A stretch of 61,886 nt of DNA, the filler included, from Vannella sp. (lineage: Eukaryota): NCBI GenBank assembly GCA_023345925.1. It is 5 parts of 5 records of this genome, joined end to end, with 100 filler letters (N's around TTAATTAATTAA, not from the genome) between each part and the next. Parts side by side here need not be neighbours in the genome. Positions count along the whole stretch, not along the records: positions 54,468 to 61,886 come from JAJQQN010000706.1; 4 more parts are not named here. One strand, given 5' to 3'. The notes under the pieces are model-generated. The model was not told the DNA's origin. It saw only the letters and a list, made by a program, of their open reading frames with translations, and searched no databases. This document shows, piece by piece, positions 60,909 through 61,886 of the stretch. How positions within the stretch are numbered: the first letter of the stretch is position 1; every line of letters starts with the position of its first letter. The position numbers and the translations under genes were made by a program.

Positions 60909-61021
60909 CTATTCGCTTGGTGGGCGAATGAACTTTATTCCGGATCGGATTATGATCGGCTCACGCATTTCCCATTCGCTTGATGGGCGAATGGCCTACT
61001 ATTCCAGATCGGGCAATGATC
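60909..61021. repeat. Two ~50-bp direct repeats (63-bp period), each containing a hairpin
   Basis: attcgcttggtgggcgaatg...tattccggatcgg...atgatc versus attcgcttgatgggcgaatg...tattccagatcgg...atgatc. Confidence 0.8.
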
Positions 61022-61175
61022 AAAAAGTTGCCATTTAAGGGTCTCGCGGCGTTGCAAAGCACCAGTTCTCGAGCTTGTGATTGGTTGCTCAAATTAGAAC
61101 ACGTGGAAAAGGAAGTTCTGGTATTCTGTGCCTCGCCCTCGGCATTCTGTGCCTCGACTGAGCTCATCGTCAACC

Positions 61176-61736
61176 ATGTTGCAACAGCCTCCTCTGAACC
61201 CAAAGCCAAGGGACATTGCGGACTTGGCCCCTGAGCAAAAACGGGCTCTGCAGTACTTACTTGATCACTGGCCCAAACACCAAGACATTCTCAACAGCAA
61301 CCCGATACCCCAGAACGGGATTCCTTCAGGATTTTTCAGCTCAACTTATGATGTGGTCGGTGCTGATGAGCTGCCAAAGGAGGATCATTGGATATGGCGC
61401 CAATGCAATGCGAAACTCTCTGTGGTTCTTGATGCAACAACAACTGTTGTTATGCAGAAGCTTAATACACGAGCCAGCATAACCAGGAGCACTGATGGAC
61501 TCCTGTCTCGTCCTTCTTACAAGATGTGGAACCTCCGTGTGATCCAGACCAACTCTTCCTTCACATTCCTTTACTGTGAAAAGGGAGTCGACGGAAAGGA
61601 GACCAATCTTGAGTCTTCCCCGCTTCAAGAAGAGTCCATAAGCAGCTTTGGCCCCGATCTCGATCCATCTTTGGGCTTTGAAAGCTCTGATGTCCCAAGC
61701 AGTTGCCACTTTGGTACTAATGACTGGGCGTGGTAG
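61176..61736 (+). CDS. Hypothetical protein: globular N-terminal domain plus acidic/Ser-rich tail
   Basis: Open frame with a protein-like composition (EDHWIWRQ, RPSYKMW, FLYCEKG). No family confidently recognised; may continue through an intron. Confidence 0.5.
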   Translation: MLQQPPLNPKPRDIADLAPEQKRALQYLLDHWPKHQDILNSNPIPQNGIPSGFFSSTYDVVGADELPKEDHWIWRQCNAKLSVVLDATTTVVMQKLNTRASITRSTDGLLSRPSYKMWNLRVIQTNSSFTFLYCEKGVDGKETNLESSPLQEESISSFGPDLDPSLGFESSDVPSSCHFGTNDWAW

Positions 61737-61886
61737 GAATCACGCTAGCTGGAGGAGAACCTTCCTACGGAACGCCATAATACATGTCTTTGGTTGACAA
61801 AGGAATTCGCTGCGGCCAGATTCCAGCAGCTCTGTTTGGAAGGAGAGGACTCCTCATGCTGCTACTTCGCTTCCATGCGATCATTG

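Noticed and set aside
60909..61021. CRISPR array
   Set aside because: Only two imperfect units with very short spacers, no cas genes, and eukaryotic context.

Overview
This window is eukaryotic nuclear DNA, not prokaryotic. It contains five contigs joined by artificial 100-nt spacers (N44-TTAATTAATTAA-N44 at 15110, 31545, 47467 and 54368). The genome is very compact, with about 35 genes, short GT-AG introns (mostly about 28-70 nt) and intergenic gaps often under 150 bp. The gene set (Roco kinase, ankyrin-Sec7-PH ArfGEF, RasGEF, Rac, CH-domain actin binder) suggests an amoeboid protist, probably Amoebozoa; this assignment is inference. Splicing by eye recovered genes absent or fragmented in the ORF track: a profilin-like gene, the eIF2-beta 3' end, RPL31, LAMTOR5 and the Roco N-terminus. 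Main points of interest: (1) an unannotated non-coding element shared by two contigs (14156-14212 and 60815-60871, 50/57 identical), each copy just upstream of a gene and next to hairpin-rich DNA, including a ~300-nt candidate structured RNA; (2) an intronless cyanobacterial-type GST directly preceded by TTTAGGG-type telomeric repeats; (3) unusual signalling architectures with apparently dead modules (pseudo-Rho fused to Roco, GTPase-PH-dead ArfGAP-PH-RasGEF, ArfGEF with a Ser-less lipase fold, tandem-RA AGC kinase); (4) decayed gene copies (SNRNP40, Rac). All homology calls come from motif recognition; no searches were run.
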